The notes: generated by a model not told the origin, from the letters alone. Shown: positions 9,772-19,255, counted from the first letter of the stretch. The stretch is DNA of 51,344 bases from Acidimicrobiia bacterium (GCA_040905965.1 JBBDQP010000007.1:8042-59385), one strand, 5' to 3'. A program made the numbers and translations.

Positions 9772-10686
9772 TCAACCGTGGCAGATCTGCTGGGCGGTGA
9801 CACCGCTGGCAGCAGCGGAAGCGTCCGAGAATCCGAACGGCTTCAAGACCTGATCGGCGATTCCGTTGGTGCCGAGCCGGTGGAGGGTCTGGTTGAACTC
9901 GTCGCGGAGTCTGGTGTCTCCTTGGCGGAAGGCGAAGGCGCCGCAGCCGAGCTGGCCCTGGTAGGCAAAGGGCTCGGTGGTCTCGAATCCGTCGAGTGCG
10001 TCGGCTTGGGCAAGGCTGGCGAGGGAGACGGTGCTGAGGGCGCCGGCATCGATCCGGCCGGCCTGAAGATTGGCGAGCAGGTCGTTGGGGTTATCGACTC
10101 GAATGATCTGTGTTTCGGGTACTCCTGAGTCGACCGCTTGGGCTACTTCGACCGCTCCTGTTACGACCCCGAGGGTGAGAGACGGGTCCGAAGCGATGTC
10201 GGTGTACGTATCGATGTCGTGGGGGTTGCCGTACGCGACAAGGAATGCCTGTTCGACACAGAAGTAGGGGTCGGTGAAGATCACCTGTTGGCATCGGCCG
10301 GGAGTGACAAACATTCCGGCGGCGATGATGTCGAAGCTGCCTTGTTGGAGTCTGTCGATCAGCGCACCGAAAGGTGTGAGAACACCATCGATTTCAGGGA
10401 TTCCCAGTTCGCCGAATACGACCCGGGCGAGTTCGGGGCCGACGCCGGTCAGCGTGCCTTCGTCGCCGACGTGGCCGTATGGGGGTTCGTTGGCGAAACC
10501 GACACGGATGAACCCCTGCTGTTGGGCTCTGCTCAGGGTGTCGTCGATGGAACTGCGACAGGCGGCGAGAGGGCCGCTGATGGCGACGGCTACGGTGAGG
10601 AGGCCACTGTTGCGGAGGAACTGGCGGCGCGAGAGTGCCGCGCTGGTGCCGGGGTGTGTCGAATGGTGCATGGGATTTCCGATCAC
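9772..10686 (-). CDS. ehuB: Ectoine/hydroxyectoine ABC transporter substrate-binding lipoprotein, Tat-exported
   Basis: SRRQFLR Tat motif, LAAC lipobox, IRVGFANEPPYG, DIIAAGMFVTPGRCQQVIF. Confidence 0.8.
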   Translation of the reverse strand: MIGNPMHHSTHPGTSAALSRRQFLRNSGLLTVAVAISGPLAACRSSIDDTLSRAQQQGFIRVGFANEPPYGHVGDEGTLTGVGPELARVVFGELGIPEIDGVLTPFGALIDRLQQGSFDIIAAGMFVTPGRCQQVIFTDPYFCVEQAFLVAYGNPHDIDTYTDIASDPSLTLGVVTGAVEVAQAVDSGVPETQIIRVDNPNDLLANLQAGRIDAGALSTVSLASLAQADALDGFETTEPFAYQGQLGCGAFAFRQGDTRLRDEFNQTLHRLGTNGIADQVLKPFGFSDASAAASGVTAQQICHG

Positions 10687-12437
10687 TGCCCCCGTTTCGG
10701 CTCTGCCGCATTCTCAGGCGAGGTGGCGGGTTGTGAGATCCCGGGTTCGGACGGTCGAGCGGGCGGGAGGCGCAGTTCGAAGATGCTGGTGTCGTTCTCA
10801 CGGCGATAGGCCAATTTCCCGCCGAGAGCTGACGCGAGACGGTTGGAGACTCTGAGCCCGAGCCCGAGTGAGGCGGGTCCTCCGGGACTGTTCTTGGTGC
10901 CTCGTGAGGAGGTGAAAAGTCCGGCGACACGGTCGTCTGGAACTCCTGGCCCGTTGTCGGTGACCAACAGGATCGTCTGTTGTCGCTGGGGGATGACGGT
11001 GAGGGAGATGCTGTCACCTCCGTGACGGAGGGCGTTCGAATACAGGTGGCGGATGATGTGGCGTAGGCGCAGCGGGTCAGCCCAGGCGGATCCCGATCCT
11101 TCGACGTGTAACTCGACCCCGTCGGGGGTCGCCAGCTCGTTGAGGATCCGTTCGACTTCCCATCTCACGTCCAGCGTTTCGGGTCGCATGGGTAGGACTT
11201 CGGCGTCGAGTCGACCGAGGAGAAGGAGGTCGTCGACGAGACGTGCCAGCGCGTATCCCTCTTGGCGGACCAATCCCACGTATTCGCGGATCTCGGGATC
11301 AGCCGAAAGTGTGGCCTCCTCAAGAATGTCGGCCATTCCCACCACCACCGTCAAGGGTGTACGGAGTTCATGACTGATCGCGGTGATGAACTCGTCTTTC
11401 TCGTCGGTGATCCAACGGAGATGATCCACCTCACGGCGGGTGCGGACCTTGTTCACTGCGAGATGGGAGGCGACGGCGGCAATCAAGGTGAGAAGCAACC
11501 CGGGCACGAGTTCGGGTGGAAGGCCAGTGCCGATGAGGTCTCCACGCGCCTGGTCGGTAGGTATCACGCTGATTTCCCACAGTCGTCCCCCAAGTTCAAG
11601 TGTGACCGTGCGCCGCAGTGGGTCGGGCGATGCGACGGTTCCGGAATTCTGGTTGGTGAGGTCTGTTACTTGCCATTGAATGACCCGGCTCAGGTTGTCG
11701 GCAAGCTCTGCGTCGACCAAGCCGTCCAGTCGAGCAACCTCGACGGTGTACCCGGTCACGACTCGATCCTCCAAGACGGGCGAGGCAGCGATAAAGCCCC
11801 AGTCGCCCGGGATACCGAAGAGTTGGGTAAGTCGAGAGACCGAGGTGCGCTGGTCCCGGTTGGTGCGGGATAGGAGTTGGACCCAGACCGGGTCGCTGCT
11901 GGCGTCGAACCCGACCAGGTCGGGTTCAAACGGCGACGCAGCTACCGCGTACTGCACCGGCCACTGGCTGGGCTGGTTGCCGACGGACACCGGGTGCCCG
12001 AGACGGTCGAACTGGAAGAGGTCGTAATCAGGGTTTGTTCGGGTCACTTCATCGATGAATATCGGCCACTCGCCCGGCTCCAAGTGCGGGATGTAGGCAG
12101 TTGCCACACTGCCGGAGTGTTGTCCGGCGGTTCGTACGAAACGCTCGAATTCGGCCTGACTAACATGCTCGCTTGAGGTGAAAAGACCGGAAGCAGCCGA
12201 GGTTGCGCGCATCACGGTCAGCGCCGAGACCCGTACAGCCTCGGATACAAAGAGCAACCGGCGGTCCATCACATCGTGTGCGGTCCGCATCGTGTCCGCT
12301 CGGCCTGAGACTGCCCACACGGTGGCAAGGACAACACCAACCGCCAGCACGACAAATGTCAGACCGTGCCGTCGAAGCGCATTCCGCCCCGCTGCCACCT
12401 TGGAGGAACCGGACATACTTGTGGTATCGGTCGGCAA
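10683..12437 (-). CDS. CHASE-domain sensor histidine kinase
   Basis: Two TMs flanking a CHASE-like domain (VSQAEFERF, LVGFDASS); H-box ISHELRTPL; YSNALRHG, DNGPG, GLGL. Confidence 0.85.
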   Translation of the reverse strand: MPTDTTSMSGSSKVAAGRNALRRHGLTFVVLAVGVVLATVWAVSGRADTMRTAHDVMDRRLLFVSEAVRVSALTVMRATSAASGLFTSSEHVSQAEFERFVRTAGQHSGSVATAYIPHLEPGEWPIFIDEVTRTNPDYDLFQFDRLGHPVSVGNQPSQWPVQYAVAASPFEPDLVGFDASSDPVWVQLLSRTNRDQRTSVSRLTQLFGIPGDWGFIAASPVLEDRVVTGYTVEVARLDGLVDAELADNLSRVIQWQVTDLTNQNSGTVASPDPLRRTVTLELGGRLWEISVIPTDQARGDLIGTGLPPELVPGLLLTLIAAVASHLAVNKVRTRREVDHLRWITDEKDEFITAISHELRTPLTVVVGMADILEEATLSADPEIREYVGLVRQEGYALARLVDDLLLLGRLDAEVLPMRPETLDVRWEVERILNELATPDGVELHVEGSGSAWADPLRLRHIIRHLYSNALRHGGDSISLTVIPQRQQTILLVTDNGPGVPDDRVAGLFTSSRGTKNSPGGPASLGLGLRVSNRLASALGGKLAYRRENDTSIFELRLPPARPSEPGISQPATSPENAAEPKRGQ

Positions 12438-12768
12438 TCCGGGCTACTTCACCAAAACATGCTCGGCCCCGGTCGGCGCAGGAGGGGCGACGTGGCGTCG
12501 TTCGTCGCGATCGCACTGGAGGACGCGGAAACTCAGGGCGGGACCCGCTCTCATACACGCCCAAATTGTTGATCTGATCGGCAATGACGGCTTGGGCGTG
12601 CGTGTCAACCGATCTCGAATCGCGATCTGGACCGCGGGTGCCTCAATGAAATCAGTCGAGGTGCTGTGCCGACGCTGAACTGTCAGACGATTCGGCGGCC
12701 ATCGCGTGTTTCAGTGGGTGAGGAGCAGGGTAGGTCCCGGGGGGACCCATCGACGAAGGGAACACCAC

Positions 12769-12822
12769 ATGTCCATCGCCAAGGTCATCGAGATCAGCGC
12801 ACGGTCAGAGGTGTCGTTCGAA
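12769..12822 (+). pseudogene. Truncated dodecin N-terminus
   Basis: MSIAKVIEISARSEVSFE matches a dodecin start, then similarity is lost. Confidence 0.6.
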
Positions 12823-12968
12823 CCTACGGCCGCTAAAGGGGCGTCGGACTACCGCCGCTCCGCCGGGTGGAGTCGATTACGCCTCGCATGTCACCGGACG
12901 TTCATTTGTCCGTTGCCGGACGGCTACGCGAACCATCTAAATGCGATCGTGACAGAAAGGGGAGAGTC

Positions 12969-14126
12969 ATGAACGACCTGATCACACGCACCGTGCTGAG
13001 CGCATTGCGCAAGCAGTTCGATATGGACGTGGCATTCATCTCTGAGTTTCGTGAAGGCGATCGCGTTTTCAGATTTGTGGACACTGACGATGAGACCTGC
13101 CCTGTGGAGGTGGATGGCTCCGACCCACTGGAGGCCACATACTGCCAACGGGTTGTCGATGGACGGCTCCCCGAGCTGATGCGGGACGCCAAGACGTTCC
13201 AAGCAGCCAGGGAACTCCCTGCCACCGAAGAGCTCCCTGTCGGCGCCCACCTCAGCGTCCCTATTCGTCGATCCAACGGACGCATTTTCGGCACCCTGTG
13301 CTGTTTCAGTTACACGCCCGATCATGACCTCGGGGACGAGTCGGTGCGAACCTTGAGGGCGCTTGCGGACTTTGTCGGCTTCGTGCTCGAAGAGAACGAG
13401 ACCGAACAAGGCGACGCAATGCTCATCTGGAGCCGCATCACCCAACTCCTCGCATCCGCCGGGGGACCTCAGATCGTCTTCCAACCCATCGTCCAACTGC
13501 GATCACGGACGCCAGTGGGCCTCGAAGCGCTGTCCCGTTTCCCCGACGGCCGCGCACCGAACCAATGGTTTGCCGAGGCATGGGACCACGACCTCGGCAT
13601 CGCCCTTGAACACGCCGCCATCCAAACCGCGATCGCCGAGTTCGGGAACATACCCGAAGCTGTCTACCTCTCCGTCAACCTCTCACCGGACACTCTTTCA
13701 GACCCAGCGGTGCTTGAGACCTTGTACGCCGGTCCAACCGAGCGGCTTGTGGTCGAAGTGACCGAACATGCCGCAGTGGAAAAGCCCTCCGTGCTGCGTG
13801 AACTCCTCGAAGGGTTTCAATCCCGCGGTGGGCGGGTCGCCATCGACGATGTCGGAATGGGATTTTCGGGTCTTCACCATCTCGTCGAACTGGCGCCCGA
13901 CATCATGAAACTCGACAGGTCGCTGATCACCGATGTCGATACCCATCTGGCCAGACAGGCCATCGTCGCCGCACTCGTGACATACGCGCAAGCCGTCGGT
14001 GCCAGCGTCGTCGCTGAAGGCATCGAAACCGAAGCCGAACTCTGCGCCCTCATGGACCTCGGTGTCGAGAACGGTCAGGGCTACCACCTCGGACGCCCCG
14101 GGGAAATCAACCAAATCCGGTTTTGA
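12969..14126 (+). CDS. GAF + EAL domain c-di-GMP phosphodiesterase
   Basis: GAF (YCQRVVDG, GTLCCFS); FQPIV, EALSRF, VEVTEH, IDDVGMGFS, KLDRS, VAEGIET, QGYHLGRP. Confidence 0.9.
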   Translation: MNDLITRTVLSALRKQFDMDVAFISEFREGDRVFRFVDTDDETCPVEVDGSDPLEATYCQRVVDGRLPELMRDAKTFQAARELPATEELPVGAHLSVPIRRSNGRIFGTLCCFSYTPDHDLGDESVRTLRALADFVGFVLEENETEQGDAMLIWSRITQLLASAGGPQIVFQPIVQLRSRTPVGLEALSRFPDGRAPNQWFAEAWDHDLGIALEHAAIQTAIAEFGNIPEAVYLSVNLSPDTLSDPAVLETLYAGPTERLVVEVTEHAAVEKPSVLRELLEGFQSRGGRVAIDDVGMGFSGLHHLVELAPDIMKLDRSLITDVDTHLARQAIVAALVTYAQAVGASVVAEGIETEAELCALMDLGVENGQGYHLGRPGEINQIRF

Positions 14127-14129
14127 CAT

Positions 14130-14365
14130 GCACGGGGCGGCAAGGGGTGTAGGCGTGCCAGCCGCCCGTCATCGGTACATAGGTGAAGTCGGCGGTCACC
14201 AGTTCTCCCGGGGTGTCAAGATTCCAGTTGCGGTCGACCCAGGTCCGTAGCCCGTGTCGCGGCCGGACTCGGGATGGTGGTACGGACCTTCTTGAATCTG
14301 GTGGACACCCTGCCAGCGGTTGGCCTTCATGAGCCGTTCGATCGTGCAGCGCGCCACGAGCATGC
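14130..14365 (-). mobile_element. Frameshifted IS3-family transposase remnant
   Basis: VARCTIERLMKANRWQGV and, in another frame, WVDRNW...PGELVTADFTYVP (start of rve core). Confidence 0.7.
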
Positions 14366-14723
14366 ATGCCCGGGCGAGAAACGCATGTGGCGCCGTCAAC
14401 GCGGCGCCAAGAGCAAGCCCAGACGCGCCGCCCTGTAAGGCATCACCAGTGGTCCACCGGCCAACGACCACACCCGATATCCCTCCGACTGTCTCGGCCG
14501 CATAGAACGCTCGGGTTCCGACCCAAGCGCCCGCCCAGTCCCAGGTTTCAGCAATCAGAGATCGATCGCGCGACACGGTTCCAACCATGCGGGGTGATTT
14601 CGACCTCCCTTGGTCCGGGTGGGAGTCAGTACGACCAGCGCACATGAGCGCCTGGCAGTAGCGCTGTCAAGGATTGGCGGCGGTTGCGCCGGGCGATGAA
14701 GTCGTGGACGGTCATGTGGAGAT

Positions 14724-14977
14724 TGACATCCGGACCCGTGCAGCGGGGGACAAGGGCGGACGTGATACCTCCGGCCATTCCAGTCAGCGGCGGTGTGCAT
14801 TCCAGAAAGGCCCGATCGGTGGGTCTGGCTTGTCGCGTTTGGGCCAGTGTTTTCGGGCTTTCTTGCAGCACCAGAGACCCATTACTGCAAGCAAAGAGGC
14901 AGGATAGGGCGCGAGAAAACACCCGACTCTGGTCAGTCTGGATCCGCCGGTGCCGTTCCTTCGGCTTGACGGGCCAC
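14724..14977. repeat. 254-bp direct repeat copy 2 (core 14862-14891)
   Basis: Colinear with 8742-8995. Confidence 0.95.
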
Positions 14978-15024
14978 ATCCTCGGACCTGGAACGGATCG
15001 GCCGCCTCAACCGTTGGAGAGGTC

Positions 15025-15543
15025 ATGGGAGGACGCTTTTCATTGATGGTCGCCAGTCTCTTGGCGCTGAGCGTTGCGGCGTGCGGTACCGACACACTCG
15101 ATCATCCTCCAGGCGTTGCTGAAGTCGCGACCATGACCGCCGACGCCGCTATGAGCATCTGCGAGGGTCGCTGTGGCGACAAGATGGTGTACGTCGTCGA
15201 CGTGCTGAGAGATTTCGGTACACCCGCAGGCAAGGAACAGCCGATGCCTTCAGCTGTCCGGTCGGCTATTGCCCAGGCGCTGCCCGGAGCGGTCTTCGTT
15301 GCGCAGGCCGACCTGGCTGACCTGTTCGACGACGATTTCCTCGTCGACGGTGGTGACGGAGTCCTCGTCCAAGTTGGAGCGGTGCAGGACCTTGGTAGCA
15401 GCGTGGTGGGGATCAACGCGTACGTGACGACCGCGCGTGACGGGGCGTACGGAGAAACCTTCGCGTACGCCTGGGACGGATCCGGCTGGATACCGGCCAC
15501 TTCGGATGCGACCGACGTCCCCTTGACCACGGTGGTTTCCTAA
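15025..15543 (+). CDS. Hypothetical lipoprotein
   Basis: MGGRFSLMVASLLALSVAAC lipobox; GGAGAGG RBS. Confidence 0.75.
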   Translation: MGGRFSLMVASLLALSVAACGTDTLDHPPGVAEVATMTADAAMSICEGRCGDKMVYVVDVLRDFGTPAGKEQPMPSAVRSAIAQALPGAVFVAQADLADLFDDDFLVDGGDGVLVQVGAVQDLGSSVVGINAYVTTARDGAYGETFAYAWDGSGWIPATSDATDVPLTTVVS

Positions 15544-15590
15544 CCGCGTCGCCACCCGCCGCGGAGCGCAGATGCGGTTGCTGGGCGCTC

Positions 15591-16628
15591 CTATGTCAAT
15601 CCGTGGTCTCGGAAGGTCTTCCAGACTTGGCGGGCGACATGTCGTTTGGCGGCTCTGATAGTCCGTTTGCGGAGTGCGTCCTTGTTCTCAGGGTTGTGTC
15701 TGGAAGCGAAATCAGCGGCGTCTCCACCGTTGCGAAGCTGGGTTACGACAATGGTGTGCAGGGCCCGGTTGACCTGGCGGTTCCCTCCCCGGTTCAACCG
15801 GTGAAACTGCTGTCTGCCCGACGACGCGTCTAACGGGGCCGCCCCCGACCAGGCAGCGAACTTGGCGTCAGTAGCGAACCCGTCGATCCCGGCGGTCTCG
15901 GCGATGATCTGACAAGCCGTCACCAGGCCACACCCGAAGAACCGTTCAACCAGCGCATGACCCACCGGTGGCAACGCTTCCTGCATCCGTTCTTCCAACG
16001 CCTTGATCTCTCCGATCCGGACAATGCAGGTCTCGACGATCTGTCCGATCAGTTCCAACAGGGCCTGATCGAACCCCGTCGGGTCCTCAGCGTCGAACTG
16101 GGTGAACCGGCGGAGGCCACGAACGGTGCGGAGCCGGCTGGCGGTAGCGGACCGGTCCGGGTCCAGTTCGGTCACAAACGCCCGCAACTGGTTGATATCA
16201 GCGGTCTGCTGAGTCACCAACTGTTCCCGCCGGACCGTCAAAATCCGGATGATCTCCGAATCAGGAGTGTCCGCCCACCGGTGGCCTTCACCGGCAGCAG
16301 CTGCCCGAGCGATCGCCCTGGCATCCCCCGGATCAGTCTTCGACCGGCCCTCAGCCTTACGCCGTTCCGCCGTCAACCGGGTCGGGATCTCCCGCACCTC
16401 GAACCCCAACCCGTCCAGGATCCGGGTCAACGACACCCCATACCCAGACGCCCCCTCAATCCCAACCGTCACCACCTGAAACTCGGTCGCCAGCTCAGCC
16501 AGCCGCGCCCAACCGGTCAAAGTGTTCGGGACCGTCACCGCCCCCAACTCCCGGCCGATCTCATCCACCACAGCCGCGCTGATCGTGTCCAAATGCGGAT
16601 CACATCCCATCGTCGTTACCGTGTCCAT
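15591..16628 (-). CDS. IS110-family DEDD recombinase/transposase
   Basis: GCDPH, GIEGASGYG, SKTDPGDA (DEDD RuvC-like); GAAPLDASSG, RLNRGGNRQVNRAL (Tnp domain, catalytic Ser). Confidence 0.95.
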   Translation of the reverse strand: MDTVTTMGCDPHLDTISAAVVDEIGRELGAVTVPNTLTGWARLAELATEFQVVTVGIEGASGYGVSLTRILDGLGFEVREIPTRLTAERRKAEGRSKTDPGDARAIARAAAAGEGHRWADTPDSEIIRILTVRREQLVTQQTADINQLRAFVTELDPDRSATASRLRTVRGLRRFTQFDAEDPTGFDQALLELIGQIVETCIVRIGEIKALEERMQEALPPVGHALVERFFGCGLVTACQIIAETAGIDGFATDAKFAAWSGAAPLDASSGRQQFHRLNRGGNRQVNRALHTIVVTQLRNGGDAADFASRHNPENKDALRKRTIRAAKRHVARQVWKTFRDHGLT

Positions 16629-16675
16629 CACGGTCACCTCCACCACTCGATCGATACGTGTGCACGGGGTGAACC

Positions 16676-16835
16676 ACCAACGCGGACAGTCCTTTGTCGA
16701 GGCACTATTCGGCTCAGGCACCTATCAGGTCACGCGTTGACGGGAACCGGCCCCCGGATGGACAAGCCCAGCAAGAGTCACACCCCACACAGGGTGGACA
16801 AGGGGGGGAAGAGTCACATCCGGGGGCCGGTCACC
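16676..16835 (-). ncRNA. IS110 bridge RNA (target-binding and donor-binding loops)
   Basis: Stem ACCGGCCCCCGGATG/CATCCGGGGGCCGGT with two GTGACTCTT-N7-TTGTCCA strands; second stem CAACGCG/GCGTTG; guides match element flanks and ends. Confidence 0.85.
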
Positions 16836-16983
16836 CACCACCACACCATGACACAAAGGGGGGGGTCGTGACCGACGACCGCAGTCTCCTCGGTCACGGT
16901 TGCGCCGCTGATCGTGCTGGCCGGGTTCTTCGTCATCGCCACGGGGTTCCCTGCCCCCGATCTGCGTCGAAAGGGACCGCGGA

Positions 16984-17661
16984 CTATCCCGCCCGGCGGT
17001 ACGTCTCGAGTGCGTCGAGGATCAGGTCGAGGCCGAACTCGAACTCGTCGGAGTAGCTGTAACCGTCCCCGTACTCGGCGACCATCTCGGCCAGGTGGGG
17101 AAAGACCTGGTCGGCGTCGTCAGGGTTCGGCTCGTCGGGTGCTGGGGTCACCGCATCCGGATCTGGAGCGGTGTAGCTCGTCTCCTGGACGACGAACCCG
17201 TAGATGTAGCTGTCCAAGAGCATGAAGGCGTGTGCAGTCATCTGGAGGGAGAACCCGCCGACCCGGAGGCTCCCTATCACTGCGTCGACATACCGCAGCG
17301 TGGCGGGCCCCATCGTTGAAGTCGATTCCATCATCCCGATCGCCCAGGGGTGACTCGTCAGGACCCGCCGGGCCGAGAGGGCGCGTTGGCGCATGGCCGT
17401 GCGCCAGTCGCCGCCGGCCGGGGGCAACTCGATCTCGCCGAAGGCCAGGTCGACGATCCCGTGGAGCACGTCTTCCTTGTCTGCGACGTGCTTGTACAGC
17501 GACATCGCCTCGACCCCCAACCGCCCACCCAGGCGCCGCATGGTCAGCGACTCCAGCCCGCCCTCGTCGGCGATGGCGATCGCAGCGCGCAGGATTCGCT
17601 CGCGGCTGAGTGGTGGGCGCGTGCCTGGTTTCGGTGTGTGCTCTGAGATCTCTTCCGCCAT
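16984..17661 (-). CDS. TetR/AcrR regulator with TetR_C domain
   Basis: LSRERILRAAIAIADEGGLESLTMRRLGGRLGVEAMSLYKHV; FEFGLDLILD. Confidence 0.92.
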   Translation of the reverse strand: MAEEISEHTPKPGTRPPLSRERILRAAIAIADEGGLESLTMRRLGGRLGVEAMSLYKHVADKEDVLHGIVDLAFGEIELPPAGGDWRTAMRQRALSARRVLTSHPWAIGMMESTSTMGPATLRYVDAVIGSLRVGGFSLQMTAHAFMLLDSYIYGFVVQETSYTAPDPDAVTPAPDEPNPDDADQVFPHLAEMVAEYGDGYSYSDEFEFGLDLILDALETYRRAG

Positions 17662-17673
17662 GTCGCTTGCAAG

Positions 17674-17719
17674 CTTACTAAGTAGACGCTAGCGTCACCA
17701 GGCAAGGTTACTAAGTAAG
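17674..17719. promoter_or_regulatory. Twin TetR operators (CTTAC-TAA-GTAAG type) in divergent intergenic region
   Basis: CTTACTAAGTAG 17674-17685 and GTTACTAAGTAAG 17707-17719. Confidence 0.7.
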
Positions 17720-17740
17720 CCAACCAGAAGTGAGAGCGAA

Positions 17741-18232
17741 ATGACGAACAAGACAAGAGCGAGCCGAGAGAAGGGCCATCTGGAGGATCAGCCGGTGCCG
17801 GTGCGCACCAAGTTGTCCGTGCTGTGGATCACGGTGATGTTCCTGTACGTGTACGTGGACATCTTCGGCTTCTACCTGCCGGGGACGATCGAGGACATCC
17901 TGGTGGGACGGGTGTGGGAGTTCGACATCAGCCAAGGCTGGGTGTTCGGCGCATTGGCGCTCATGGCAATCCCGGCGCTCATGGTGTTCCTGTCTCTGGC
18001 GCTGCCCGCGCGTATGGCCCGCTGGTCCAACCTGGTGATCGGGGGGCTCTACATCCCGGTCTCGCTTTTCAACCTTATCGACGCGACGTGGGCGCATTAC
18101 TGGCTGGGGGCGATCATCGAGGTCGGGTTGTTGGTGCTCGTCGTTCGGTCTGCCTGGCTGTGGCCGAGGGTCACGGATCGCGCGGATCGGGCGGAAAACC
18201 ACACCGCAACACCGGTGCCAGCGGGGCGCTGA
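17741..18232 (+). CDS. DUF6326-like four-TM membrane protein
   Basis: VRTKLSVLWITVMFLYVYVDIFGFYLPG signature; divergent from TetR. Confidence 0.75.
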   Translation: MTNKTRASREKGHLEDQPVPVRTKLSVLWITVMFLYVYVDIFGFYLPGTIEDILVGRVWEFDISQGWVFGALALMAIPALMVFLSLALPARMARWSNLVIGGLYIPVSLFNLIDATWAHYWLGAIIEVGLLVLVVRSAWLWPRVTDRADRAENHTATPVPAGR

Positions 18233-18328
18233 GGTCCGGACGCTGACGACCCGACCCAAGTGATCGAACTCGCTCAAGTCATCCCGGACGGCTTGTGGCC
18301 TCTGGCCGCGGGCTGAGGATCACGCCGG

Positions 18329-19255
18329 TCAAACAGGAGTCTCCCGCCCCGGATCGCGTCTGACCGGTGGGTCGGTGCAGGGATGATCCTCCATTTCTAG
18401 TGTGGTGTGGGTGATGTTGAACCGGCGATCCAGCATCTGTCGGATCTCCTCGGCGATCGACTGCGCCTGTTCGAGAGTGGAGGTTTTGGCGGCGACAACG
18501 TGTGCGGAGAGTGCGATCGTGTCGGAGGCAAGGTGCCAGATGTGGAGGTGATGGGTGCTTTCCACGCCTTCCACCGCGACGATCCCAGCCGTGATGTCGT
18601 CGACGTCGAGGTCCCGCGGCGTGCCTTCCATGAGGATGTGGGTGGTGGCCAGAAGGATGCGTGCCCCCGACCACACCAGCAGTGCTGCCAGCAGCAGCGA
18701 CACCGCCGAATCGGCCCATCTGACTCCTGCCAAGCTTGCGGCGGCGGCAATGAGAACCCCAACAGAGCCGGCAGAGTCAGTCCCCATGTGCATGAAGGCC
18801 GCTCGCATGCTCAGGCTCTGTGTCCGGGAGCCGGCGAGCGCGACGAGGCTCCCCACGTTGACGGCCATGCCGAGAAGCGCCACCGTGAGCATGCCTCCTG
18901 CTGCGACCTCCGGGGGGTCGCTCAACCGGGAGCCGGCCTCTGCCACGATCCAACCGGCGCTGGCGAGGAGGATGATCCCCGTGGCCTGGGCGGCCAGCAC
19001 ATCCGCCCGCTGAAGCCCGTAGCTGTGCCGTGGTGAGGGTTCCCGACTCAGAAGCCGTTGGGCCGTCAGCGCGAGGGCGAGTCCAGTCACATCGGACACC
19101 ATGTGGGTGGCGTCTGCCAGCAATGCCAGCGAACCGAACACGATGCCACCGACGATCTCGGCGACCATGAGAACAAAGTTGACTCCCAACACCCATGTCA
19201 GGATCCGGGTCCGTTCGAGGCGCTGATCGTCAAGGAGCCGGATGTTGTCTTTCAT
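18329..19255 (-). CDS. Cation diffusion facilitator (Zn/Co/Cd efflux)
   Basis: GSLALLADATHMVSD, AAFMHMGTD, HHLHIWHL, ITHTTLEME; start at MKDNIR chosen. Confidence 0.9.
   Translation of the reverse strand: MKDNIRLLDDQRLERTRILTWVLGVNFVLMVAEIVGGIVFGSLALLADATHMVSDVTGLALALTAQRLLSREPSPRHSYGLQRADVLAAQATGIILLASAGWIVAEAGSRLSDPPEVAAGGMLTVALLGMAVNVGSLVALAGSRTQSLSMRAAFMHMGTDSAGSVGVLIAAAASLAGVRWADSAVSLLLAALLVWSGARILLATTHILMEGTPRDLDVDDITAGIVAVEGVESTHHLHIWHLASDTIALSAHVVAAKTSTLEQAQSIAEEIRQMLDRRFNITHTTLEMEDHPCTDPPVRRDPGRETPV

Larger units (their letters stand above)
15587..16859 (-). mobile_element. IS110-family insertion sequence (ends +/-2 nt)
   Basis: Transposase plus ~230-nt upstream non-coding end; right end TTGACATAGGAGC; no terminal IRs; ends inferred from bridge-RNA guide matches. 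Confidence 0.9.

Noticed and set aside
16760-16820. Two short direct repeats TGGACAA-N7-AAGAGTCACA resembling a mini-CRISPR
   Set aside because: Only two units with 7-nt variable cores; explained as the two strands of the IS110 bridge-RNA loop; no cas genes.
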